This document shows positions 24,811 through 33,339 of a stretch of DNA of 35,623 nucleotides, piece after piece; positions within the stretch are counted from its first letter, which is position 1, and every line of letters begins with the position of its first letter. The DNA is from Chloroflexota bacterium. Lineage in GTDB: Bacteria; Chloroflexota; Anaerolineae; Anaerolineales; UBA4823. Where the stretch lies: assembly GCA_017860725.1 (NCBI GenBank), contig JAGDMX010000001.1, forward strand, positions 1 through 35,623. Direction: 5' to 3'. A program made the translations under genes and the position numbers. The notes beneath the pieces are model-generated. The model had not been told where the DNA came from. It did not search any database and saw only the letters and a program-made list of their open reading frames with translations.

Positions 24811-25305
24811 ATGGAGAATACATTGGTCCGGATCACCATTACAGATCACGATCAAACCGTCAGCTTTCTTTCCAATCGAGAAACCCTTCTGAGGCTCGTC
24901 GCGGGATGCTCGGTCAATCCAGCCAGCCTGGAGGAATTACTCATCGCAACAGATATATACCAACGTGGCACGGCTGCTACGCTCATGGCTGATTTGATGG
25001 AATTTGACAAAGCCCTTCGCATGAAAGGGGCTGATTTTATCCATGCTGCCATTGCCCAGGCCAGAACCAGGGAAGAGCCATTGGCACTGGCGTTCCAGGT
25101 TATCGACGATATTACCACAGAGGAAGCTTTTACTATGCGGGGCTGTGATTTGGTAGTAATCGATCTGGCCCAGCAGGTTATCCAACCATCTGCGGGTATA
25201 GTTATAACTTCTGAGGGCGAAATCAATGTTGACACCGATAAAAAGCTTATCAAACCAACAGTGACCTATATATTGCCCCAGGAGTGGACTGTTCAGGCAC
25301 TGTAA
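24811..25305 (+). CDS. Hypothetical soluble protein (164 aa), no recognisable motif
   Basis: This is an intact ORF on the strand opposite its neighbours. Its start lies only 35 nt from the divergent GH5 start. I recognise no family. Confidence 0.45.
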   Translation: MENTLVRITITDHDQTVSFLSNRETLLRLVAGCSVNPASLEELLIATDIYQRGTAATLMADLMEFDKALRMKGADFIHAAIAQARTREEPLALAFQVIDDITTEEAFTMRGCDLVVIDLAQQVIQPSAGIVITSEGEINVDTDKKLIKPTVTYILPQEWTVQAL

Positions 25306-25316
25306 TTTGCAAGTAA

Positions 25317-26852
25317 CTATTCGTGCCCACTTAGAATAAAATCGCACCTATGGTCAGCAATACGGCAGGAGTGAATGATTTGGCCATCCTGGACGACCTG
25401 AAAGAATGCTCCATCGTCATCGGGAATCCAAAAATGCCATGCTTTGTCGATAGCGACCAGCCAACCCTGGGACATACCGCAGGAGGATGGCTTCGCGGGG
25501 GCTGTCCCGGGGATTAGTTGATTGTCATTGGCTCCGGGACGCAACAATTGAAAGCAGTCTCCTGCAGGAAGTGTATTCAGCGCATTAGGGTTAACCTGCC
25601 CCCACTGTTCAACTGCGAAGGTGGCGGTAACTGTTCCCTGGTCTGATAAGCGCTGAAAAGTGACGCTTGATAAATCGATCGGCAAGTTAGACACATTCAC
25701 CACCGCGATGGCTGATTCATCATAGAAAAGTTGAATGTTTGAAGGTGAGAACAATTCCTGACTACGGGCTGCGGCAGCAGTAAATGCGGCAAATAAAATC
25801 GCGATCCAGGTTACCAGGCTCAGAAAATATAGATAACGTTCTTCGCGGCGCAAGTTGTAGGTAGGTTTTGCGGGTTTCGCAGGTAAGATCACGAATTGAG
25901 GCAAGATCGGTTTGCGAATCTGTGTCTCCTGCAAGGTGGATCCATAAGGCGGTGTAGATTCTTGCGGATCCGGTAGGACCTCCAAGCGCTCCGGAGCTGA
26001 TGCGTCGGGCTTTTGAATTTCACCTTTCTGAGTTTGGTCGCCTGTCTGATACAGGGCTTTTTGGAAAGCATCTACAAACTCCCCTGCGGTTGGAAAGCGT
26101 TCCTGAGGATTTTTTGCGAGGGCCTGCTGGAGGATTGGATCAAGGGTGGCCGGTAATTCAAGGTTGAGTGCGCCGAGAGATGGGGGTGAGTCGTGAATAT
26201 GTTGGAGAAGGACTGACATTGGCTGCTCCCCTTCAAAGGGTAGCCTGCCAGATAGCATTTCAAAAGTAATAACCCCAAGGGAGTAAATGTCGCTGCGAGT
26301 GTCAATCGTTGCTTCCCTGAGCGCCTGTTCTGGGCTCATATAGGCCGGCGTTCCGCTTGCCAGGTTGCTCTGCCAGGTCGATTCAGCAAATAAGGCAATG
26401 CCGAAGTCCGCCAGGTATGCATTGCCATCCTGATCGAACAAGATGTTACTGGTTTTCAAGTCACGGTGAATAATACCCTGGCTGTGAGCGTAATCGAGAG
26501 CGCTGGCGATCCGAGCTAATACCTTAGCGGTTTGTTCAGGGGAAAATGGACCATGCCGCAAATGGTCGGCCAGCGAACCGCCGGACATGTACTGCATGAC
26601 GATATAGGGTTTGCCTCTTTCCACTCCCGATTCATATAACGGGACAATCGCTTCTTGCTCCAGAGCGGCAATTAACTGCGCTTCCTGTTCAAAACGAGAT
26701 CGATATCCCAGATCGTTAAGGTACTCTGAAGGCAGCATCTTGATGGCAACATGCTGGCGATTTAGAGGGTCATATGCCAGGTACACCCGTGACATTGCCC
26801 CCACACCAATCTCGGCCAATATTTCATAGCCGTGTATTTTTTCAACCAGCAT
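25317..26852 (-). CDS. Transmembrane Ser/Thr protein kinase (canonical motifs) with an uncharacterised extracytoplasmic domain
   Basis: The canonical motifs are IGVGAMSRVY, VAIKML, IIHRDLKTSNILF, ADFGIA and YMSPEQ. A TM helix (YLYFLSLVTWIAILFAAFTAAAA) is followed by a roughly 150-aa C-terminal domain of unknown type. Confidence 0.9.
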   Translation of the reverse strand: MLVEKIHGYEILAEIGVGAMSRVYLAYDPLNRQHVAIKMLPSEYLNDLGYRSRFEQEAQLIAALEQEAIVPLYESGVERGKPYIVMQYMSGGSLADHLRHGPFSPEQTAKVLARIASALDYAHSQGIIHRDLKTSNILFDQDGNAYLADFGIALFAESTWQSNLASGTPAYMSPEQALREATIDTRSDIYSLGVITFEMLSGRLPFEGEQPMSVLLQHIHDSPPSLGALNLELPATLDPILQQALAKNPQERFPTAGEFVDAFQKALYQTGDQTQKGEIQKPDASAPERLEVLPDPQESTPPYGSTLQETQIRKPILPQFVILPAKPAKPTYNLRREERYLYFLSLVTWIAILFAAFTAAAARSQELFSPSNIQLFYDESAIAVVNVSNLPIDLSSVTFQRLSDQGTVTATFAVEQWGQVNPNALNTLPAGDCFQLLRPGANDNQLIPGTAPAKPSSCGMSQGWLVAIDKAWHFWIPDDDGAFFQVVQDGQIIHSCRIADHRCDFILSGHE

Positions 26853-26872
26853 CAGCTCTCGCTATTCCCCAT

Positions 26873-27649
26873 TTATTTATCTTTGCCCTTGGGCTTATTT
26901 TTATTCGCCTCGCTGATTACTTTACCTTTATTAACTTTGTCTTTATTCTTGTTGTTATTGTCTTTTACCTCTTCAGAGCGTCCGTTTGAAGCGGGGATTT
27001 CGGTAGCCCATGAGTTGGCATTGCCTGCAGGTGTAGAGACGAGTGTTTCGGTGATCATCGTCACCGGTGGAGCAGGGAATTTATCGAAAGCCACGATCTT
27101 CAAGGCCATCCATCTGTAATCTTCCAGAGCGGTAAAGGTGGTCAGCAGGATCTGACCGAGTTCCAGGTTATCCCCCACCTCGGTTCGCTGGTTCACCACC
27201 AGCGAGTGCCCGCCGATTTGCCACAGGCTTTCCTGGATCATCTCCAGAGGGCCATTGAAGGTGAAGTAGGTTTTATCTTCTTGGGTCAGTTGTATCCGAT
27301 CTGCGAGCCAGGTGCTATCTCGCAGAATGCGACCTGTCAAGACGACAAAATCACCCACATGCAGCTCGCTGGCGAGCTGGGTATGAGCCGCCACCCGAAT
27401 GGGGACATTGCCAATGATCCACACTTCCTCTGAGCCGCCCGTGATCACTCCCTGCCCGATAAATTGATAATCGAAGGGCATATTCGCTACGTCTTGTGGC
27501 CCGTTGATCGCCGATAAACCGCGCGAGGCGGCCCGCGTGGCATCCCCGGAGCCAATAACCAAACCGACCACGGTGATCACTAGCAGCAACCCTGCCAGGA
27601 GCATGCCGAGCTTCAATCCCTTGCTTTGCCTAATCGTCGTCATCTTCAT
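26873..27649 (-). CDS. DUF5666-like membrane-anchored protein, paralog B (Lys-rich tail)
   Basis: It is about 80% identical to paralog A over roughly 165 aa (GPQDVANMP.DYQFIGQG.ITGGSEEVWIIGNVPIRVAA.TQLASELHVGDFVVLTGRIL...WQIGGHSLVV). The start was placed at MKMTTIRQ (27649; 27643 is also possible) by alignment with the paralog N-terminus. The ORF-track start at 27718 would overlap paralog A by 89 nt. Confidence 0.75.
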   Translation of the reverse strand: MKMTTIRQSKGLKLGMLLAGLLLVITVVGLVIGSGDATRAASRGLSAINGPQDVANMPFDYQFIGQGVITGGSEEVWIIGNVPIRVAAHTQLASELHVGDFVVLTGRILRDSTWLADRIQLTQEDKTYFTFNGPLEMIQESLWQIGGHSLVVNQRTEVGDNLELGQILLTTFTALEDYRWMALKIVAFDKFPAPPVTMITETLVSTPAGNANSWATEIPASNGRSEEVKDNNNKNKDKVNKGKVISEANKNKPKGKDK

Positions 27650-28322
27650 CTTTTTCGTGGTCTCGATTCGCACTGTTCCCGTTATTACTCTTTTCTTTTT
27701 CCTTCTGGTCGAGATCAACCCAGTTTACTTTTACCTTGTCTGCGGTAGCTGTGTTGTTCGTAATTTTTGGAGCGGCCACTCCAAATTCAACAGGCACCGG
27801 AGTGGGAATAACCTCCTCCGCGAGGATTATCACCGGTGGAGCAGGGAACTCATCGAAGGCCAAGATCTTCATGGCGATCCAGGTGCTATCTTCCGGGGCG
27901 GTAAAGGTGGTCAGCAGGATCTGACCGAGCTCCAGTTTATCCCCCACCTCGGTTTGCTGCTCCACCACCAGCGAGTGCCCGCCGATTTGCCACAGGCTTT
28001 CCTGGATCATCTCCAGGGGACCGTTGAAAGTGAAATAGGTTTCATCTTCTTGGGTCAGTTGTATCCGATCTGCAAGCCAGGTCTTATCCTGCAGAATACG
28101 ACCCGTCAGCACAACGAAATCACCTACATGCAGCTCGCTGGCGAGTTGAGTTTGAGCCGCCACCCGAATGGGGACATTGCCAATGATCCACACTTCCTCC
28201 GAGCCGCCCGTTATCTGCCCCTGTCCAATAAATTGATAATCGTAAGGCATATTTGCTACATCTTGCGGCCCATGGATCGCCGGTAACCCACTCCGTGCAG
28301 CTTGACTGCTATCCCCGGATCC
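27062..28322 (-). repeat. Tandem gene duplication: ~493-bp units at 27062-27554 and 27831-28322, offset 769 bp
   Basis: By eye the two units are about 85-88% identical. They contain long perfectly identical tracts, for example a 54-nt tract CACCACCAGCGAGTGCCCGCCGATTTGCCACAGGCTTTCCTGGATCATCTCCAG and a 44-nt tract GCCGCCACCCGAATGGGGACATTGCCAATGATCCACACTTCCTC. Confidence 0.85.
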
Positions 28323-28457
28323 GGGAAGCAGGTAGAGCACACTAATCATTAACACCGGTGCGACCAGTACCACGCCAAGCTTGACCCATTTCTGGGGTAG
28401 AACTCTGCCCAAGAGCCTCAAAAGAACTGTGCGTAAACGCAGGAAATAATCTTGCAT
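27630..28457 (-). CDS. DUF5666-like membrane-anchored protein, paralog A (Asp/Glu-rich tail)
   Basis: The N-terminal anchor is VKLGVVLVAPVLMISVLYLL. Two OB-like repeats follow, as in paralog B. The protein ends HEKDEDDDD. Confidence 0.75.
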   Translation of the reverse strand: MQDYFLRLRTVLLRLLGRVLPQKWVKLGVVLVAPVLMISVLYLLPGSGDSSQAARSGLPAIHGPQDVANMPYDYQFIGQGQITGGSEEVWIIGNVPIRVAAQTQLASELHVGDFVVLTGRILQDKTWLADRIQLTQEDETYFTFNGPLEMIQESLWQIGGHSLVVEQQTEVGDKLELGQILLTTFTAPEDSTWIAMKILAFDEFPAPPVIILAEEVIPTPVPVEFGVAAPKITNNTATADKVKVNWVDLDQKEKEKSNNGNSANRDHEKDEDDDD

Positions 28458-28556
28458 GACCGGCTCCCCAAGATTGCGGTATTTAAACTTACCATAAAAG
28501 TTGAGATTAAGAGGCCTGACCGTCCTCTTCTGATAGATTATAATCTTGCTTTAAAG

Positions 28557-29126
28557 TTAATTCTGCCAGGCTTCCCCGCTTTCAGAGGCTTTTGCCATTT
28601 CATATAATGCTGTTATCGTCCTCCAGTTTCTGGTTGTCGCCGGCTGCTTCAGCTTATTCTCGAAAAAGGTATTGGTCAGTTTGGTTTTTCCGTAGCCGTT
28701 GGGGCAGAAAAGATACACCTCTTGCTGACCGATAACAAATTCGTCAGCTTGTTCGCCAGAGATTCTCAACCGGTCCGGATCGATCTCTGCTACAAGTCGA
28801 TACAGGAACGTCACATGCAGCTTGCCGGGGTCCTCGCTTCTCCCAACTAAAAACGGGTTGCCCGCGATGATTCGCTGAAAGTCGTGCGCCTCACGCAAAA
28901 AAACAGGCACTCCCAATCCAAAAACTTGCTCGATTTGCGCCTCGATCCGCCCCGCCAGCAGTTCCATATCGCTCTCTTCGCTCTCGAAGACTACATTGCC
29001 GCTCTGGACATAGCTCCTGACATGCCTCAGGTTCAGCTTCTCGTAAGCCTGCCGTAGCGCTTCCATGCGCATCTGCTTTTGCCCGCTGACATTAATCCCG
29101 CGCAGCATGGAGATGTAGGTTTTCAT
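28557..29126 (-). CDS. DUF1697-domain protein
   Basis: MKTYISMLRGINVSGQKQMRMEALRQAYEKLNLRHVRSYVQSGNVVF matches the characteristic DUF1697 N-terminus. Confidence 0.85.
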   Translation of the reverse strand: MKTYISMLRGINVSGQKQMRMEALRQAYEKLNLRHVRSYVQSGNVVFESEESDMELLAGRIEAQIEQVFGLGVPVFLREAHDFQRIIAGNPFLVGRSEDPGKLHVTFLYRLVAEIDPDRLRISGEQADEFVIGQQEVYLFCPNGYGKTKLTNTFFENKLKQPATTRNWRTITALYEMAKASESGEAWQN

Positions 29127-29162
29127 TACTGTGGGTACCTTATCATCAATAGAGCTTTCTGT

Positions 29163-29795
29163 CTACCCTGCCCCATCGTAGGCTTGCTTGATCCAGGCAA
29201 TTAGCTCCTCGTCAACCTCATCGACCTGCATCACATTGACCTTATACTGGCACATCCCCCCGGCTGGCAATTCGATCAAGCGCTCAGTGCCCTGGACGCC
29301 TTTCATGTTCAATCCCACTTCCACCCGTGTCTTCGTCACCGGCCCGATCATGGCGAACTGCCGCTTACGTCGCAGGCTGACATAGCCCTTCTTGGGCGCA
29401 ACCTCGAAGGCGCCAAATTCGTCGATGGCCGCCACCAGCTTCTCGTGGATCGGCCGCAGGCTGGCTTTAGCCCCCGAGTAAATTTCATCCAGCACATCTC
29501 CCTTGGAAGTGCCGGCTGCCTCGATTTCCTGCTCTTCCATCGCTTTCTTATAGGTCAGCACAAGCGTACTGGCATCCCCGTACCCCAGCCCACACTCTCG
29601 CTGCACCATCTCGCGCACCTCCCCATGTTTGCTGAGACCGGAATTCTTAATCATCGCAAACAACTCTTCCAGCGACTTGCCGCTCCTCGCCTGGATGTTT
29701 TTTAACTGGGTTTCAGTGGCTTTATCAACACTGCTTATGGCAATATCTCCTTTCGGGATGTCTTCTAAAGGTAAGTGTATCATCGTCAACTGCAT
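29163..29795 (-). CDS. DUF4287 plus DUF5655 domain protein
   Basis: The DUF4287-like part is IQARSGKSLEELFAMIKNSGLSKHGEVREMVQRECGLGYGDASTL. The DUF5655-like part is FEVAPKKGYVSLRRKRQFAMIGPVTKTRVEVGLNMKG. Confidence 0.8.
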   Translation of the reverse strand: MQLTMIHLPLEDIPKGDIAISSVDKATETQLKNIQARSGKSLEELFAMIKNSGLSKHGEVREMVQRECGLGYGDASTLVLTYKKAMEEQEIEAAGTSKGDVLDEIYSGAKASLRPIHEKLVAAIDEFGAFEVAPKKGYVSLRRKRQFAMIGPVTKTRVEVGLNMKGVQGTERLIELPAGGMCQYKVNVMQVDEVDEELIAWIKQAYDGAG

Positions 29796-29821
29796 TAGAA
29801 GAAGATCTATTCCACTGAGGC

Positions 29822-29874
29822 ATTAAAAATGGAAGTAGTTTTTTACGAGTTGAATCACTCGTAAAAAACTACTT
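29822..29874 (-). terminator. Rho-independent terminator after dhaK
   Basis: The arms AAGTAGTTTTTTACGAGT (29833-29850) and ACTCGTAAAAAACTACTT (29857-29874) form a perfect 18-bp stem with a 6-nt loop. Read on the minus strand it is followed by CCATTTTTAATG. It starts 20 nt after the dhaK stop. Confidence 0.7.
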
Positions 29875-29893
29875 ATGAACGGAACAAACCTTA

Positions 29894-30889
29894 CTAGAAT
29901 ACGCGAATAGCGATCTCGGCTGGGGCTGCCAGCAGATCCTCTAACTCAGGATCAAGCTTTACCAGGGTAAGTGAGAAGCCAGCCATTTCCAGAGAGGTGC
30001 AGTACTCACCGATATAGTTGCGCTTAATCTTCATACCGCGCTTCTCCACCTGCTCGTGAGCATAACCGTACAGCAGGTAGAGCTCGGAAATCGGCGTGCC
30101 GCCCATACCATTAATCATCAAGGCGACTTCATCGCCGGCCTTGTACGGGATATCGCTGGCGACGGCTTCCAACAGCTCATCGACGATTTCGTTAGCAGGT
30201 GCCATCTTCACGCGCTTGCGTCCTGGTTCGCCATGGATACCGATGCCCATTTCCATCTCATCTTCGGCCAATGTAAAGATCGGGGTGCCTTTCGCAGGTG
30301 GGGTGCAGCCAGTGAGTGCCATACCCATGGTGCGTGTCACAGCTACAACCCGATTGCCCAGGGCTTCCAACTCTTCCAGGCTGGCGCCGCGCTCGGCAGC
30401 TGCACCGGTAGCCTTCATGACGAAGAAGTTCCCTGCCACACCACGCCGACCAATCGTCCAGGTTGAGTCTTTTACCGCAACATCGTCATTGATGGTGACG
30501 GTACGGACTTCGATGCCTTCAGCTTCGGCCATTTCACGTCCCATGTTGAAGGACATTGTGTCGCCCGTATAGTTGTTCAGCAAGTGTAATACCCCTTTTG
30601 GCGATGCAACCAGCTTGGTTGTCTGATAGACGAAGTCGGCGGGCGGTGCAGCAAAGACATTACCGGGACAGGCTGCGTCTAGCATACCGCGCCCGACTGC
30701 CATCACGTGAGCCGGTTCGTGGCCCGATCCTGACCCTTGCATGATCGATACCTTATTCGAGATGGGTATATCGGCGCGCATAATCAGGTTATATTCGGGG
30801 ATGTACTTAAGGGTTTTCGGGTTTGCTAGGGCGATGCCCTTGAGCATTTCTGGTACAAAATTCTTGGGGTCATTGACAAATTTCTTCAT
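29894..30889 (-). CDS. dhaK: Dihydroxyacetone kinase, DhaK (substrate-binding) subunit
   Basis: MKKFVNDPKNFVPEMLKGIALANP, SGSGHEPAH and the substrate-binding His in MGIGIHGEPG. At 331 aa the length is typical of DhaK. Confidence 0.9.
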   Translation of the reverse strand: MKKFVNDPKNFVPEMLKGIALANPKTLKYIPEYNLIMRADIPISNKVSIMQGSGSGHEPAHVMAVGRGMLDAACPGNVFAAPPADFVYQTTKLVASPKGVLHLLNNYTGDTMSFNMGREMAEAEGIEVRTVTINDDVAVKDSTWTIGRRGVAGNFFVMKATGAAAERGASLEELEALGNRVVAVTRTMGMALTGCTPPAKGTPIFTLAEDEMEMGIGIHGEPGRKRVKMAPANEIVDELLEAVASDIPYKAGDEVALMINGMGGTPISELYLLYGYAHEQVEKRGMKIKRNYIGEYCTSLEMAGFSLTLVKLDPELEDLLAAPAEIAIRVF

Positions 30890-30921
30890 GTTCGGGTCCT
30901 TTCGATTGGGGAGAATATGGG

Positions 30922-31545
30922 TTATTCTTTCCAGGCTTTGCTAACGGCTTCGAACAAGACGGCCATAGCAACTGCGCCTGCATCCAACGTTCCTATACTG
31001 CGCTCGCCCGTATAGGCGGCGCGACCGCGCTTGGCAAGCATCGGTCGGGTGGCTTCAGCGGCTTGTCGGCAAACAACAGCGGCTTCATCCAGGGCAGTCG
31101 ACGCATCTTTTCCATCATTGAAAGATTTTTCCAGCTGATCAACCGCGGGCACCAGGGCGTCGAGAAGAGTCTTGTCGCCCAGGTCGGTATTGCCGCGCTT
31201 CTTGATGCCTTCGATTGCCGAACGGAACATGGCGATGACATCCTGTTGGGTGATCTCGGTTTTCGTACCCAGGGTGATGCCTGCCCGTAGGAAAGCCGTA
31301 CCCCATACCGTGCCCGAGACGCCGCCTACTGCACCAACAATCTTCATGGAGACGCCTTTAAGTGTATTACCGGGCAGGCTATGGTCGATTGTATCCCACT
31401 CGTTAATCACTTTCTCGAAGCCTCGCGCGATCGAGTAGCCAAAATCGCCGTCTCCAACTACGCCATCCAGCTCGCTGAAGTATTGCTCGTTCTCAAACAC
31501 CGTGTTTGCAATTAACCTTACGACGTATTCGACATCTTTGCTCAT
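30922..31545 (-). CDS. dhaL: Dihydroxyacetone kinase, DhaL (nucleotide-binding) subunit
   Basis: LDGVVGDGDFGYSIARGF is the GDGD Mg-nucleotide motif, with Phe where His is common. Other motifs are GGVSGTVWGTAF, GDKTLLDALVPA and RAAYTGERSIGTLDAGA. Confidence 0.9.
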   Translation of the reverse strand: MSKDVEYVVRLIANTVFENEQYFSELDGVVGDGDFGYSIARGFEKVINEWDTIDHSLPGNTLKGVSMKIVGAVGGVSGTVWGTAFLRAGITLGTKTEITQQDVIAMFRSAIEGIKKRGNTDLGDKTLLDALVPAVDQLEKSFNDGKDASTALDEAAVVCRQAAEATRPMLAKRGRAAYTGERSIGTLDAGAVAMAVLFEAVSKAWKE

Positions 31546-31563
31546 TAATGTGCTCCTAAGGGT

Positions 31564-32334
31564 TCAGCTATGAAGGCAGGCCTCAAGGTCCTTGAGAGTG
31601 ATGTATTGGCCCGGATTTGCTTTGCTACGATTGGCTACGATCTGCATCGGTGCATCAGGTTCACCTAAGTCACTAACGACTAACAATGCGCCTGACATAT
31701 CTTCTTCCCAAGTATAACTGCTTAGCGTGACGATACAGCGGATCCCAGCTGCCAAGGCAGCCTGCAATCCATTGGACGAGTCTTCAACGACCAGGCATTG
31801 ATCTGCCGGGATGCCTAGTTTTTCTAAGGTAAGCAGGTATATATCTGGCGCGGGTTTTTTCTTTGGAACGACATCACCAGCCAAGACGAGGAATTCTCCA
31901 GCGAGATCTTTACCAACTACATATTCCAGGACCCCTCTCACAGATTCTTCTGCGGAAGTTGATGCGACAGCTAGCTTCCAACCCGCAGCGCTGGCTTCTT
32001 GTACGATGCGCGCCACACCTGGGCGACCCGGCAGGCGACCATCTCGAATCAGTTGTTTATAGGTTTCCGATTTGCGCTTATGCCAATCTGCAATCATTTT
32101 TTTCTGTGCTTCGGGGTCTGTAGGCAGGTTGGCTTTTGCCACAAATTCTGGAGTCAACATGCTGGCCATGCGTTCCTTACCGCCGGCAATTTTTAGCTTG
32201 ATCCCGTATTCTTCTTCTGACCATAGAACGGGCAATTGGAATTCTTGGAAAGTTTGATTAAAGGCCGGCAGGTGCCCATATCGTTCGGTATCTGCCAGGA
32301 CTCCATCACAGTCGAAAATCAGCGCTTTCATCAT
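31564..32334 (-). CDS. HAD-IA family phosphatase (CbbY-like)
   Basis: Motif I is LIFDCDGVLADTE. It is followed by GGKERM, VASTS and VVEDSSNGLQAALAAG. The start overlaps the stop of the upstream aldolase gene (ATGA at 32331-32334). Confidence 0.85.
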   Translation of the reverse strand: MMKALIFDCDGVLADTERYGHLPAFNQTFQEFQLPVLWSEEEYGIKLKIAGGKERMASMLTPEFVAKANLPTDPEAQKKMIADWHKRKSETYKQLIRDGRLPGRPGVARIVQEASAAGWKLAVASTSAEESVRGVLEYVVGKDLAGEFLVLAGDVVPKKKPAPDIYLLTLEKLGIPADQCLVVEDSSNGLQAALAAGIRCIVTLSSYTWEEDMSGALLVVSDLGEPDAPMQIVANRSKANPGQYITLKDLEACLHS

Positions 32335-33188
32335 GCTTTCCCCACCGAACCAAAGATTTCGAGATACCCGGTCACCATTTCGCGTACAGCCTGGTTCACG
32401 TGTTTAAAGAGCGACGGCGGATCCCATTTATTCTTGGCTTCCGCTTCGCGCAGGAAAGCCAGGTTCGACTGCATGTAAGTAATTTTTAACGCAGTGGATA
32501 TGTTCACTTTGGAGCAGCCGCGGGCGATCAGGTCCTGGAATTGTTCGTTGGTCAACCCAGTCCCGCCATGTAATGCCATCGGGAGAGGTTGCACCGACAC
32601 GATATCCGTGACTCTTTGTGCATCTAACTTGGGGGTTTCTTTGTACACGCCGTGGGCATTGCCGATAGCTGGGGCAAAGCAGTCAATCCCGGTGGCGCGG
32701 ATGAAATCGAGAGAGACTTCCAGTGTCTGGCGCGCCGACTCGGTATCAGACCCGATTCCATCCTCGACGCCTTTGATGCCTTCAATTTCGCCCTCTACCC
32801 CCGCCCCGTATTGTTTAGCTTCCGCGACAACTTCAATGCATTGGCGGCGATTTTCTTGGTAGGGAAGGGCAGAGGCGTCAAACAATACCGAATCCCAACC
32901 CCTGGCCAGGCAGGCGCTGATCACCGCTCGATCCGGGCAATGATCCAGGTGTAGGCAAACTGGAACAGTAGTCTTGCGCGCCATTTCGAACCACATGGTG
33001 TAGAGTACGTCCAGGCCAATTTGTTTGACCGTCTTTACAGAGGTTTGCACGATCACCGGAGATTGCGCGGCTTCTGCGGCTTGTAATACGGCTTCTAAGG
33101 TTAGATCGTTTACGATATTGAACGCCCCGACACCATATCGTTTATCAAATGCGTCCTTCAGGATGACTTTGAAGGGTGTTATAGGCAT
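32331..33188 (-). CDS. Class II ketose-bisphosphate aldolase (FBA/GatY/KbaY family)
   Basis: AFNIVNDLTLEAVLQAAEAAQSPVIVQTS, CLHLDHC, EGEIEGIKGVED, PAIGNAHGVYK and LHGGTG. At 285 aa the protein is the size of the tagatose-bisphosphate aldolases. Confidence 0.9.
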   Translation of the reverse strand: MPITPFKVILKDAFDKRYGVGAFNIVNDLTLEAVLQAAEAAQSPVIVQTSVKTVKQIGLDVLYTMWFEMARKTTVPVCLHLDHCPDRAVISACLARGWDSVLFDASALPYQENRRQCIEVVAEAKQYGAGVEGEIEGIKGVEDGIGSDTESARQTLEVSLDFIRATGIDCFAPAIGNAHGVYKETPKLDAQRVTDIVSVQPLPMALHGGTGLTNEQFQDLIARGCSKVNISTALKITYMQSNLAFLREAEAKNKWDPPSLFKHVNQAVREMVTGYLEIFGSVGKA

Positions 33189-33339
33189 AACAATTTCCTT
33201 CCTGCCGGATTTGCCGGCCTATGCTTGATAGCAGTCACATGCTCGATTTAGCCACATATTTATTTAGAGAGTGGCAATGGCTAGCGATGATCGGTTAATT
33301 TTTTTGGTTTTCCTCCAATCTTCGTTAATATTGGGCATT

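Noticed and set aside
27504-28286. A 260-aa + strand ORF spans both DUF5666-like paralogs in antisense. A related 75-aa ORF lies at 27206..27433.
   Set aside because: Its apparent internal conservation is simply the complement of the tandem duplication. It has no SD or start context and no recognisable fold signal. The minus-strand genes have proper TM anchors and a repeated domain structure.
26873-28457. A repeated sequence with a ~769-bp period was considered as a possible CRISPR-like or satellite array.
   Set aside because: There are only two units, each about 0.5 kb and protein-coding. There is no short repeat/spacer organisation and there are no cas genes, so it is a gene duplication.
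28458-28556. A TATAAT box (minus strand, around 28536-28541) was considered as the promoter of the paralog-kinase operon.
   Set aside because: I found no acceptable -35 or TG extension at the right spacing. It is a plausible location, but the sequence does not support it well enough to list as a feature.
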